Positions 1 to 11,820 of a stretch of DNA of 64,000 nt are shown piece after piece (the first letter of the stretch is position 1; every line of letters starts with the position of its first letter). This DNA is from Octopus sinensis (taxonomy: Eukaryota). The position numbers and the translations under genes are program-made. Location: assembly GCF_006345805.1 (NCBI RefSeq), contig NC_043010.1, positions 60,698,001-60,762,000 of the forward strand. The letters are read 5' to 3'. Below the pieces are notes generated by a model, which saw only the letters and a program-made list of their open reading frames with translations, made no database searches and had not been told where the DNA came from.

Positions 1-19
1 GTTTTATTTTGGTATGATA

Positions 20-260
20 TAATTGACACTAGGTATATAGATATATAGGTGCAACTGTTGGAAAACATTGATTGATATTACAACCGGGTGTTAGTATTGT
101 ATGTCTGTGTTATTATTCACTAATTAAATCTTTGTCTATCTTTAGCTTTAATGAGCTTTTATCAGATCACTAATATCCCCATATATATATATATGTGTAC
201 CTTGTTAAATATCTCTTATATATTTCTTTATATATAATAAACCAAGAATGTTCATTATTA
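20..260 (+). repeat. Diverged paralogous non-coding block (5' part of the leader intron), homologous to about 11300-11470 and 11820-11900
   Basis: Shared strings ATTCACTAATTAAATCTT (115 / 11411) and GATCACTAATAT; further match GTCAATATAATT...AAATATTCCATGAAGAT at about 689 / 12659. Implies the gene A leader lies just upstream of the window. Confidence 0.65.
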
Positions 261-299
261 TAATTAATATCATCATCATCGTTGTTGTTGTTATTAATT

Positions 300-620
300 T
301 GGTGAGCAGGGAGAATTGTTAGCACATCATCATCATCATCATCGTTTCAGCATTCCATTTGTCAGTCCTGACCTTCTGAGTTTGAATTTTGCCAAGTTCA
401 ACACCGCCTTTAATCTTTATAGGGTTTATAAAATAAGTACCAGTTGATTACTGGGGTCAATGTAACCAACTTATCCCATCGACCCCAGTGCCCAACTGGT
501 ACTTATTTTATCAACCCCAAATGGTTGAAAGGCAAAGTCGACCCCAGCAGGATTTGAACTCAGAATGTAAAGGCAGGTGAAATGCCACCAAGCATTTTGC
601 TGCTCATCATGATAATGGTT
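300..620. mobile_element. Two family-A SINE remnants, tail-to-tail inverted pair
   Basis: GTACCAGTTGATTACTGGGGTC followed by GACCCCAGTGCCCAACTGGTAC; B-box on each strand. Confidence 0.8.
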
Positions 621-2254
621 CTGCCTGCTTACTTCCTTGTTCTGTCTCTGTTACTGATGCCACTGTGTTGAGTTTTAATCATGATTATGTCAATATAATT
701 TTAATATTTCAAATCTAGTTTAATATAAAATATTCCATGAAGATATTTATTGAATACATTTATGAATTTGTGTTGTAAGATTCCTGTTGTGAAACCATGT
801 GTTGAAACAGATTTTGTTGTAATCCGAAATGGTCCCCTTTTTTTTTTTCAAAATAAACCCATGCACTATATCCTTGTTCTTCACTCGTTTATTACTGTTC
901 TTATTTTAACTCAGGTCCATTGTCTGGAAGAAAGCTTTTGTTACACATCTGTGACTTCTTTAGCATCATGAGTTAAAATAAAAGAACAGTAATGAACAAG
1001 TGAAGAATGTGCATGTGTTTATTTGGCAAAAAAAAAAAATTACCATCCCGAATGCAACAATATTTATTGGATAATTCTACAAAATTTCCTGTATCCATGC
1101 GATTATATTCCAACCGTTAGCTTTGTGAACCCAAATCTATATTTTCTAATGGCTCTATTTTGGTTAATTCTGTTCTGATTAGGGCCAACTATCATTGCAT
1201 GGTACTTTGTGCATGTTGGGAATGAGGGTTCCTTTCTTCTTCCCCTTTTTCTTTAATTATTTCTAATTCACAATTTCTTCCCTGAAATATTTCTCTTAAA
1301 GAATTTTTTGTATTTTATTTTTTTCAACAATATTGTATTCTTCAAGTGAAGTTTGTTGTAGATGTGAGTATCAGAAAGGACACTGTTTTAGTCAGTAGCA
1401 TTTTTGATTATGTCAAGTATTTTAGGAATTCATTTTATGATGATAAATCTGTTTCGTATTGCTTCAGTTGGAATTTTATTCTGTTTTAGAACTGGGATTT
1501 TTTTGCCCTGTCCAGTAATTAAAATCTGTTAGGAATGTAATCATTCCATTGGGTCTTAGCTAATTTAGCTATACGTCTGTGGTAGTTTCAGCTGCAAGTA
1601 CTTTGAAATGAAATCTTCTGATATCTTAGACCAAGGTATGAATAGAGAATCATTATTACAGTTTAGGAGATGATGTTTATCTTGTTTGCTTATTTTTTTC
1701 TGTCTTATTTCTGTGTTTCTTTTTTATGGATATTTGTAACTAAGTGACTGTAAATGGAACTTATTTGCACAGTTGTGTGTAGCATTCATCTATCATTTTG
1801 AGTTTAGCTTTTTTTTTTCTCAATCACTTGGTTATTTCAGTTGTTTAATTAGTTTTTATTCCGTTTTGGATATCTCCATAGTTAATTATTGAATGGATTT
1901 ACTGCATCAGTGCTTGTAGTATTGTTGAGTTCTGCTGTCAGGAGCCCTCTGTCTGGGTAGAAGTGTTTCTTTGAGGTTTGTTTCAAGATCCAAGAAGTAT
2001 TTTGGTTTTACTCACTGATGTATGGAGGTGGAGTGTACTGTCCATATATGTATATATATTTATTTATTTATTTATATATATATATGTATGTGTGTGTGTG
2101 TGTATATATATATATCAAATTTGTTTATGGTAACATTTTGAATATACAAATAAAACTCCTATTCCATTATGGTGCTGACTAGGGAGTTAGTTTTTCAGGG
2201 TTGCACCAAGTTATACCAATATAATGTTGGATAAATATAATAATGGTCCTTCCA

Positions 2255-2910
2255 ACTATAGGCACAAGGCCTGAAATTTGAGGTAAAGTCAAGGGTTGGT
2301 CAATTACATCAAACCCCAGTGCTCAACTGGTACTTATTTCATTGACCCCCCCAAAAGGATGAAAAGCAAAGTTGACCTCAGTGGAATTTGAACTCACAAC
2401 ATAAAGATGGATAAAATACTTCTAAGCATTTCCCGTGGCATGCTAACAATTCTGCCAGCTCACCTTCAGTATGAAGGCCATAATTCACTTGGCCTTCATA
2501 CTGATAAAAAGAGAAAAACATCCCTCTGTGGTTCATCCACTAACATTATATTACTGAAGAAAGGAATCAGTGATGATGATCAACCTAATGCCCACGGATA
2601 CTATGGACTGCACTGTAATCATCCCAGGAATATGGATTGGGATCTTAAAAGTCATGTGATTTGTAGAAACGCGCATAGCAATGCATTAAATGTTTATAAA
2701 TTCCAGCCGAGGATTGTTGTTGTTGTTAGGTAGTGAGCTGACAGAATCATTAGCATGATGCACAAAATGCTTACCAGTATTTTGGCCGTTGCTATGTTCT
2801 GAGTTCAAATTCTGCTGTGGTCAACTTTGCCTTTCATCCTTTCAGGGTCAATAAAATAAATACCAGTTGAACACTGGGGTCAATGTAATCAACTCATCCC
2901 CTTTCCCCAG
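2255..2910. mobile_element. Two family-A SINEs (minus at about 2255-2465, plus at about 2730-2910)
   Basis: Same diagnostic strings as the 61 kb copy. Further copies at about 11930-12110, 22630-22810, 42920-43350 (two), 44905-45100, 47600-47700, 55620-56130 and 60480-60730. Confidence 0.85.
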
Positions 2911-3879
2911 AATTTCTGCCCTTGTGACAACATTTGAAACCATTATTATTATCATCTATATTATTTTAAAAGTCAGATTGAATCTAGCTTGCTTGCAATG
3001 TTACTCAGCCATACTGTCACATAATTGGAAAATATTATGAATTAAGTTTCCCCTGAAATGTAAATATGAATTTATTGAAACAAATTTTGCATAAATCGGT
3101 TAAGTGATTGTGAATTCCATGCTCGAATCTCACCCAAAACGGTACATAATGGGAAAAGTCTCTGAAATTTACTTAATCCTGAAAGGAAAGTAATGCTTAC
3201 CTTTTGATTAGCCTGTGACTTGACAATGAAAAAATATAATTGTTTTTTTTTTAACATTAAATGTTTCTATTTTCACTTTTGTTAAATACAATATTTTTAA
3301 GTGAATGATCTCAAAAAGTTGTTCGTAAAATAAGTATTTATGTTTTAGCTTTCTTTAAACAGGCAATATCTTAATGTTTTTTTTAATTATTTTCAAGTGA
3401 ATACCATTACAAAATATTTTTTTGGCATAAATATTTCATAAAAGACCCATTCGTAACCTCAGTGTAAAATAATTCTTTTCCATAGGTTTTTTTCAAGTGC
3501 ATTCAACATATTTCACTTCCAAAGATTTGGCTGTTATTTCCAGCATGCCCTGCTACCTCGTAACTGCTATTTGCGATAAAGGACCTGAAATACTTGTTAT
3601 GTGGTAGCAGGGCATACAAGAAATAGCAGCCAAATCTTTCCTTTACTGGAGAAAGGAGCTGTTTACATGTGATTTTAATGTTACATTTGTTGAAAGTATG
3701 CAAAATAACCTGGAAAAAACAAAAAAAAACCACAAGACAAAATCCATTGTTGGGAAACTCAGACTTTTTTGGTAACCAAATGGGTTACGGGTAGTCTAGT
3801 TGTTGTTATTATATATTTATGTGTGATTGTTACCTGTGTCGCCTACTAGCACTTGTGCTAGTGGCACGGGAAAAAACAT

Positions 3880-4180
3880 TTGAGCATGGTTGTTGCCAGT
3901 GCTGCTGGATTGGCTCCTGTGCAGGTGGCACATAAAAAGCACCATGTGGGCATGGCTGTTGCCAGTACCACCAAACTGGCCCTTGTGCCGGTGGCACGTA
4001 AAAGCACCCACTACACTCTCGGAGTGGTTGGCGTTAGGAAGGGCATCCAGCTGTAGAAACTTTGTCAGATCAGATTGGAGCCTGCTGCGGCCATCTGGTA
4101 TGCCAGTCCTCAGTCAAATTGTCCAACCCATGCCAGCATGGAAAGTGGACGTTAAACGACAATGATGATGACGATGATGT
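3880..4180 (+). mobile_element. Family-B interspersed repeat (SINE or LINE 3' end with (GAT)n tail)
   Basis: GGAAGGGCATCCAGCTGTAGAAAC...CATGCCAGCATGGAAA..GACGTTAAAC(GAT)n. Further copies at about 12510-12635, 13590-13950, 20455-20630, 28980-29215, 29625-29880, 40555-40780, 46130-46320 and 58350-58555. Confidence 0.8.
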
Positions 4181-6297
4181 GTGTGTGTGTTGGGAGATGT
4201 TTCCATTGGTTTTTCTGGACAAAACAATAAGTTCCTGAGAACTTTTGAAATATATTTACATTAGAATTACTTAACCTTAGACTCATTAGCTATCATATGG
4301 ATTAAATTATAAATATTTAACTGTAACAGAAAGTTAATCCTATGTCATCTCACACTTAGCCTACACAGTTTCCATGAAAGGGGACCTTCAAAGCATTCTC
4401 CAATGTGGTCAAAGCAATTTTGTTTCCTTTCACAGCACAAAGATATGATTATTGCATGTATCAAGAACCAAATCTTGTATCTAACTCACCCTAGTCAAAG
4501 ACACCATCCATATAAAGTATCGAATGTCTCTACAAATGTTGTTGTCTCACTGATAACCTCTTCGCAATGTCACATTTACAATAAAATGAGCAAACTCTTA
4601 ATCTCACAAACTGGCCTTTAGGGCCTCAAAATACTTCAGCTGCAGCAGTTGTTATCTCTATACACTGCTCAAGTGGAAACTCCTGATGGAATACTACTCT
4701 CACATCTAGAACAGTGCTTCTGCCTGCTACTACATATCCATACAGCCAAAACCACACCCAAATATGGTCACTCTACTAATTAGCATGGAATTACTCACCA
4801 ACATACTCCTCTTTACTAGGATATCCTCTGATCCACTAAGCTGTTTGGTCTTCTGCCACTGTCTAGACTCACCTGACTCCCTCATCTCTCCCCTCTCATC
4901 ACTCATATTGTTACTTGCCAAGCCCTGTGCTAACCACCTCACTCATCCTTCTCCATGGCATGAGTTTTTTAAGGATTCCCTCCATCCCCATGTTTTTCCT
5001 GCATGCATTACCTTCTAATTACTGTTCAAACTAAACCTCAGCCATATCAGTGTTGCCAGTCTTGGAGAATCTCCAAAAGTCATGGCCGTACACTGAAGTT
5101 GGTTTCATTTCCACTGTATTGTGTCTTGACCAGGTGTCTTCTGTCACAGCTTTGAATCAACTTAAGACTTGTGAGTTGAATTTCATTGACAGAAACTGTG
5201 TGTAGACTCTCCATCACACTACTACACAAACAACATCAACCAATCAACAGCACTAACTGGTCTTTGGTGTCTTCAGTGAAATCTACCTTGTCAAGTATCT
5301 ACTCCCACTTGCTGGTTTATTTCTCCTGCTTAAATCATTAAAAAAAGTTTTTATATTTAGTTCTCATATTAATTGACTTTTTTTATATATATTTATTTCA
5401 CTTAAAAACTGTTTCATATAATTGTTTCATTAAATATTTCTGTGTGAATATTTCTCAATCCATTCTAGACAAACCTTGGTTCTCTAATAAAAAATAATGG
5501 CTTTAAAGTGTTTTAAATTAAAACCTTCCATTAAAATTTCATGTTAAATTATATTAATAACACATAATAAAGATAACAATATTTTACTAAATTTTTCATT
5601 GTCTTCAGAATTAGGTGGAACAAAGTCAGGGTATTTCAACAGAAATATGATAAAAGGATTAAAGAATTATAACTGTTTTATTGAAGAATTCTCAGTATCA
5701 GCCATCCACATAATCTAAAACAAAACATCGGTTTACTTCTCATGGTACAAGATATTGTCTTTATATTAGAAATTCGGACCGATAAATAATGGAGTGTGTG
5801 AATATTTCAGTTATCTGAGCGTTAGTTTATTCCAGAGAGATAACTCAGACTAAGAGCTGATTGTGTTGGACGTCTGCAAAATTAAAATTACCAAAATTGA
5901 TATGCTGTTATAATAGAAACTTTTCGACGATCACCACATGATCCATTTCTCAAATTCGGAGAAACATGAAGATACATCCTTCTTGGGAGATACTGCCATT
6001 CTTTCAAAAAGGATGTGCCAATATCTTTCTTTTTCTCTGAAACAGGACTTAATCTAAAACAATCAAATCTTCCCCTAAGAGACAGCATACAAGTTTAAAA
6101 GATTTTACTTTTTTACTTACAAATACAATTTCAGCTGGCATATACCACAAGCAGTTTGAATTCCTTTTTTGAACTCCTTATATACTTCAAATTATTTATT
6201 TGGATGCAATAGAGTGTATTTACAGATAGAAATAACATTTATACAATGGTTATTACAAAAATAAATTGTCTTATTCAATTTTATTTAGTTTTTCAAT

Positions 6298-6317
6298 ATG
6301 TCTGTTGTCTTTTGTAG
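6298..6317 (+). promoter_or_regulatory. 3' splice acceptor 38 nt upstream of the gene A start codon
   Basis: TGTCTTTTGTAG; the same position and sequence occur in gene B. Confidence 0.7.
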
Positions 6318-6355
6318 AAATATCTCCTGCTAATGTGTGATGAAGAATTCCAGAC

Positions 6356-8754
6356 ATGACAGCATATATTGGTCTACTGTGTCTTCTACATTTACTGATC
6401 ACCCTTGTACTGTCCATAGATATTACATACCATGTCAAGGAAGAAGACAGACCTCACACCTATATAGGAGACATTGCTGTTGACTCCAACTTATCACACC
6501 CTCTCACACATCAACAACACACTCTCATTACATTTACACAACTACAAAGGACAGTCGAGAGTGGTTCTCACTTATTTAATGTCACCAACTCAGGAAAACT
6601 ATACACTACTCAAACACTGGATGCTGAGTCTCTGTGTACATACAACAAGGAATGTTCCAGAATAGTTAAAGTAGCAGTGAGGAAAGGAAAAACTTTTATG
6701 AAGATTCTAAAGATAAAAATATTAATAGAAGATGTCAATGACCATTCTCCAGAATTTCCACAGAATGAAGTTGAAATTGAATTTCTAGAAAGAGACACTA
6801 AAGGAACTAGAATATCTCTTCTAAATGCAATTGATAAAGATATTTCAATTAAAAATTCTCAAATTATATACATGATAAAAAAACGTAAAAGAGAACCATT
6901 TTCTCTCTCTGTCACAAAGCGACATGATGGTGTCTATGTTCCAGGACTGATTCTAGAGGACAAATTAGACAGGGAACTAAAAGACTCATATGTGTTGACC
7001 CTGGAGGCTAGAGATGGAGGGAACCCTCCCAAAACAGCTACACTCAAGGTACATATATCTGTGACAGATGTCAATGATAATACACCTGTATTTTCACAAG
7101 AACTTTACAACATCTCTATAAGTAATTCACATCAAAGACATTTACCAATTCTTACTTTAAAAGCCACAGATCAGGATTCTGGAGACAATGGAATAATTTC
7201 TTATCATTTCAACCATAAAACATCTCAAAATGTCCTGAAATATTTTGTATTAGATAAGAAAACAGGTGATTTATTTTTACATGATAATTTTGACTTTAGT
7301 AAAAAGCAGTCTTATAAAATATTTATAGAAGCACAAGATGGAGGAAAACCTCCCCTTAGTACTGTAACCAAAGTCCAGATTCACATTATTAATAACCAGA
7401 ATAATGCTCCATTGATTAACATAGATTTTGTATCTCCTTTATCAGAGAGTTCAGCAGCAGTTTCTGAAGACAGTGAAGTAGATAGTTTTATAGCTTATGT
7501 TATGGTCACTGACAATGATAGTGGACCTAATGGTGAGGTTATCTGTGATTTAAAACATGATAAATTTAAACTTGCCAAAATAGATTCTAAAGAATATAAA
7601 ATGATTGTTAAGGGCCATCTTGACAGAGAAATAAGGGACCACTATAAAGTATCTATTGTGTGTCATGACATGGGGTCACCTCAACTAGAAAGTAAAAAAT
7701 ATTTCTCTGTCAAAGTAACTGATGTCAATGATGTAGAACCACATTTTACGAAAGAGACATTCCAATTCCTCACCTATGAAAACCAGAAAGTTGACTTCCC
7801 TATTGGCTTCATCAATGCTACAGACCCTGATCTTGGAGATGGAGGCCAACTTACATATTCTATCATCAATGATAACAACAATGATAACATTCCTTTCCAA
7901 CTGACAAAATATGGATTTATTTCTACATCACAACCAATAGATCGAGAAATGAAAGACATCTATAAGTTCAAGGTTTTAGTGAAAGATAATGGACACCTTC
8001 TCTCAATGACACTGCCAATATTGTTATTGAGATTCTAGATAAAAATGATAATGCTCCGTATTTTACGTTTCCTAATAATGACCCTTACAATCTAGATGTC
8101 CACTACCATCCACACAGTAAGAAGGACATCACAATTCTGAGAGCATCTGACAAAGACACTGGAAACAATGCTTTCCTCACATATGGAATACTGAGATCCA
8201 ATGATAAAAACCTGTTTACAGTGAACTCACACACTGGTGTGTTATCTTTCTCTCGCACAGTTTACCAAAATGATGCAGGAACATATGAGCTGCAGTTTAT
8301 AGTGAAAGACGGTGGTACTCCAGCTCAATCAGCAACAACTGCTATCATACTAACACTGTTTGTTAGTAATGATACATCTCCAATGTTGACTGCTGTGCCA
8401 TTCCAGTCTGGTCACGACCTGAATATGACTTGGGTAATTATCATTGTAGCAGCAGCTGTAATACTATCTGTGGCTATTGTAGTGTCCATAACACTGTGTG
8501 TTTTCAGATGTATTAATCACACAAATAACTCACCCACAACAGCAGAGAATCCCAACTTTCTCTCTCAGACTGAGATGAGACAATTACTGTATCAGACTAA
8601 CAATCCTGTTGCAATAACGAGAAATGCAGAAGAGATATTTAACCGAAATCTTCAGACAATAAAATCTAAAAGTCAGTTTTTTCTGGAGATGGAACAGACA
8701 CCAGATGAGTGGAAATTCTCAACAACACAAAGGAGACTTCCACCTGTGCCTCAG
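6356..8754 (+). CDS. PCDH: Protocadherin gene A, large coding exon (signal peptide, EC1-EC6, TM, juxtamembrane), with a 1-nt frameshift at about 7993
   Basis: ORFs 6356-8038 and 8221-8784 are two frames of one exon. Cadherin motifs DVNDHSPEF, LDRE, DVNDNTPVF, DxDxGxNG, and the EC1 C-X5-C loop (CTYNKEC) typical of protocadherins; TM WVIIIVAAAVILSVAIVVSITLCVF. Gene A reads GGACACCTTC where gene B reads GGAACACCTTC; restoring one A gives 2400 nt, the same as gene B. Donor CAG|GTAAAT after 8754 (phase 0). Symbol is family-level only. Confidence 0.95.
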
Positions 8755-9621
8755 GTAAATACAATTTTAGTTGTTATATCCTAAATCTGTGACATTTTTT
8801 TAACCTTTGGTTGAAGTATTTATTGTTCCTCTCTCATATTTCATTTCAAAACAACAAAGTACAGTATTTGAGTTGCGAAAGAGACAACCTCCATTTCTTA
8901 TATTTTTTACTGTGAATATGTCATTGAACTCATACAGGTCTCTCTGATGTTTTATGAAAACATGATTACCAATTAAAAAGTATCCTAACTCATCTGATTG
9001 ATCAATAATTTGTCAAATTATGTTATATGTTATAGAAGATATAAATATTATCATTTAAAATCATTTCCAATATTTCTGTCATGTTTCTGTAGTTTTCATA
9101 TATTCTGTTTCAAAGATGAGATGATGGTACTCAATTTAATATTCGTTGATATGATGGTACTCTTATTTTAAATGTCTATTGTTTCTCTTGGTGGCTTCGT
9201 AATCATGTCATGAATATGAAATTAATTTTATTAGCTTTCAGTGGTTTATGATCAGATGCATTATATAGCATCTGGAAACACCAGCATTGTTTATGCTATG
9301 ACCATTTCTGCCATGTGTTTGTCAAACATTAAATGGCCAAATGTTAAAATGATTTTCATCCATCTTTGAGATATTTCTTCTTGTAATCCTAATGCCGACC
9401 CGATAAGGAATCAGTCGTTTTTGAAGTGCCTGGTTTTAAACACTCTATATTAAATTGGATTGTTCATTGTGTGCATATATTTATTATTATTTTGAGTTTC
9501 ATTACTTTTATATAATAATCTAATTCTTGTGTCTTACCAGGAAACTATTTAGAAAATATGCATGTTAGCATCTATCCTGGTAAACATGACACTTCACTCT
9601 GCTTTGTTTTCTAATCACCAG

Positions 9622-9766
9622 AGATGTGATTCAATCCATAGTCAAGGACGTCGTACCAGTTCCATCATGTCTTACAACAGTGACACGTTAACATCCCAAA
9701 AGGACAGAGAAGCTAGCAAGAGTAATGGCAAGACTAAACCATATGATGAGATACCTGCAGAACCAG
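9622..9766 (+). CDS. PCDH: Gene A cytoplasmic exon 2 (RCDSIHSQGRR...PYDEIPAEPG)
   Basis: Acceptor TTTTCTAATCACCAG, donor CAG|GTAACT; 145 nt, phase 0 to 1, open in frame with exon 1; near-identical copy at 19406-19550. Confidence 0.85.
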
Positions 9767-9930
9767 GTAACTTTTATCAAAACATTACATATAAATGTAA
9801 TTGCCTTTATTACTGTAGGACAATATATAATGTTATGCTTAGTGTAATACAAGATCAATGTTTCTATCTTTATATATTGGAGTTGTTATATTGAAATGTA
9901 ATTTGTGTTTGTATATTTGATATTTTGCAG

Positions 9931-10010
9931 AATATACCAATGACAATCCAGTTGCAGCCACAATACTAAAGGGACAACAAATACAAGATACCTATCTACA
10001 GCCAACATAG
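9931..10010 (+). CDS. PCDH: Gene A terminal coding exon (EYTNDNPV...DTYLQPT*)
   Basis: Acceptor ATTTTGCAG; phase-1 entry gives 26 further codons ending in TAG at 10008-10010; copy at 19715-19794. Confidence 0.82.
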
Positions 10011-10689
10011 TAGATGTTCCATGACTATTGTTAAATGATTCTCTCACACACCAAATCTTATACAATACTTTATATTCATATAAAAATATCAACTCTATGT
10101 TTCTTTCACACATCACACATGTAAAAGGCCTTACAATGGCATCTATTATGACCCCTTATTTACATCTCTTATACATTAAATACTACAAAAGTCCTACTTT
10201 ATATTATCATAGTATATTATTAGAAAATACCTATTTTACTCTCTGTTTTAGTATAAATATTACCTTAGACATAAACCAGTTAATTTTAGCTTTCCTGGAA
10301 TGGATTTAATTAATGTATATCATGAATATTAAATTCATATGGTCAAACATTTTCTATCTTCTAGTGAGGTTTTTTTTTGGTAATTGCTGAATTTATCATC
10401 TCATATTAAAAGTTATACAACTTGAATGAAACAAAAAATATAATCCCATATTTTCAATAGAAATCCATTTTTATTTACACTAACTATGTAATCAAGTCAT
10501 ATTAATGATGATATCCCTGTAAATTATCAAGCTGCTTCAGTGTAACATGAATTCTCTTATTCGATGTGTTTGTGTGACACAGACAACATTGCAGTAATTT
10601 CCTATTGGATGAGAGAGATTTTCTATATTTCTTTCAATATTGAAAGTGAGGCTGATAGCTTTTTTCTTTGTTCATCATACACACAATGT

Positions 10690-10967
10690 GTGTGTGTGTG
10701 TGTGGAGGACATAGAGTTGTAACTAGCACACACCAGCATCTGGCTAACACCTCACCTCCCACTACATACAGCAACTGTCACACTATTATATCAGCAGTTA
10801 CACAGGAACAGCAGCAGCAGCTGCAGTAACACAGGAACACTACTACAACAGCAGCAGTACCACTATAATACCACTACAGCAGCAGCAGCAGCAGTTGGAG
10901 TGGAACACTACAGCAGGATACATATCATCCATCACACACAACTACAGTGAAGGATTAAACAATGCTG
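10690..10967 (+). promoter_or_regulatory. Candidate non-coding leader exon / promoter module for gene B
   Basis: CAG/CTA-rich block ending GGATTAAACAATGCTG|GTAAGT followed by a (CT)n tract; paralogous blocks end at 27037 and 40488. The 5' boundary (TSS) cannot be determined from sequence. Confidence 0.55.
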
Positions 10968-11084
10968 GTAAGTCTCCCTCCCTCTCTCTCTCTCTCTCTT
11001 TATTATCTTTTCATATTCATTATAACATTTATATTATTTGTGTTTCTAATGACAGACAGGGTAAGGATAATATCTAAAATGTCT

Positions 11085-11220
11085 GCCATGTTGTATATAT
11101 ACAGGGACTGGGACAGTGGAGGATCGAGAGATCTAGCCATCACTTCCACCATTAACAACAACAACAATAGCTGCAGTAGTCATTGTATTACAATTACTTT
11201 GAACTGGATTACTTCTTTCA
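11085..11220 (+). repeat. Conserved non-coding block downstream of the leader donor, paralog at about 27500-27570
   Basis: GGGACTGGGACAGTG..GA.CGAGAGATCTAGCCATCACTTCCA versus GGGACTGGAACGGTG..AACCGAGAGATGTAATCATCACCTCCA. Confidence 0.6.
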
Positions 11221-11493
11221 ATGTTAGAATCACACAAGACTCCATACATATATATTGCTATGATATATTTTATATATAATAATGGTTTAATATATTCCAA
11301 ACTAGGTATCTATATATTTATTTTGCTATCAGAAAACATTTATTGAAAACCAATAAGACTGAGTTTCAATAATGTATGTCAGTATTGTTTATATCTCTGT
11401 CGGCATAATAATTCACTAATTAAATCTTAATCTTTCTGTTGCTTTTAATGAACTATCCGATCACTAATATTTCTATATAAGTATATAAATCTG

Positions 11494-11494
<1 letters not shown>

Positions 11495-11562
<68 letters not shown>

Positions 11563-11589
11563 CATACATACATACATATATATATATAT

Positions 11590-11620
<31 letters not shown>

Positions 11621-11640
11621 TATATATATATCTACTATAT
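11495..11640. repeat. (TA)n/(TAGA)n microsatellite
   Basis: Directly visible. Similar compound TA/CA/TG tracts at 25160-25570, 27130-27250, 43815-44030, 50160-50465, 57480-57710, 58200-58350, 59320-59710 and 62667-62840. Confidence 0.95.
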
Positions 11641-11782
11641 ATTTGTGAGAAGGGCAGACGTTGTCTCACAAGCAGTTCCGCAGGCAAAAGTGTTTGTAAA
11701 TGTGCTCGGATTGACCTGAAAATTTGTACACTTGTGTTAAAAGTGGTGGGGAGTTTGCATGGCAACATATATATACATATAA

Positions 11783-11820
<38 letters not shown>

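Noticed and set aside
7685-7959. Minus-strand ORFs repeated three times (MERNVII..., MSFISRS...; also at 17969-18243 and 31371-31645) and +1-frame ORFs (MLLTPTY...)
   Set aside because: Shadow frames of the protocadherin exons; their recurrence is explained by the near-identical host sequence.
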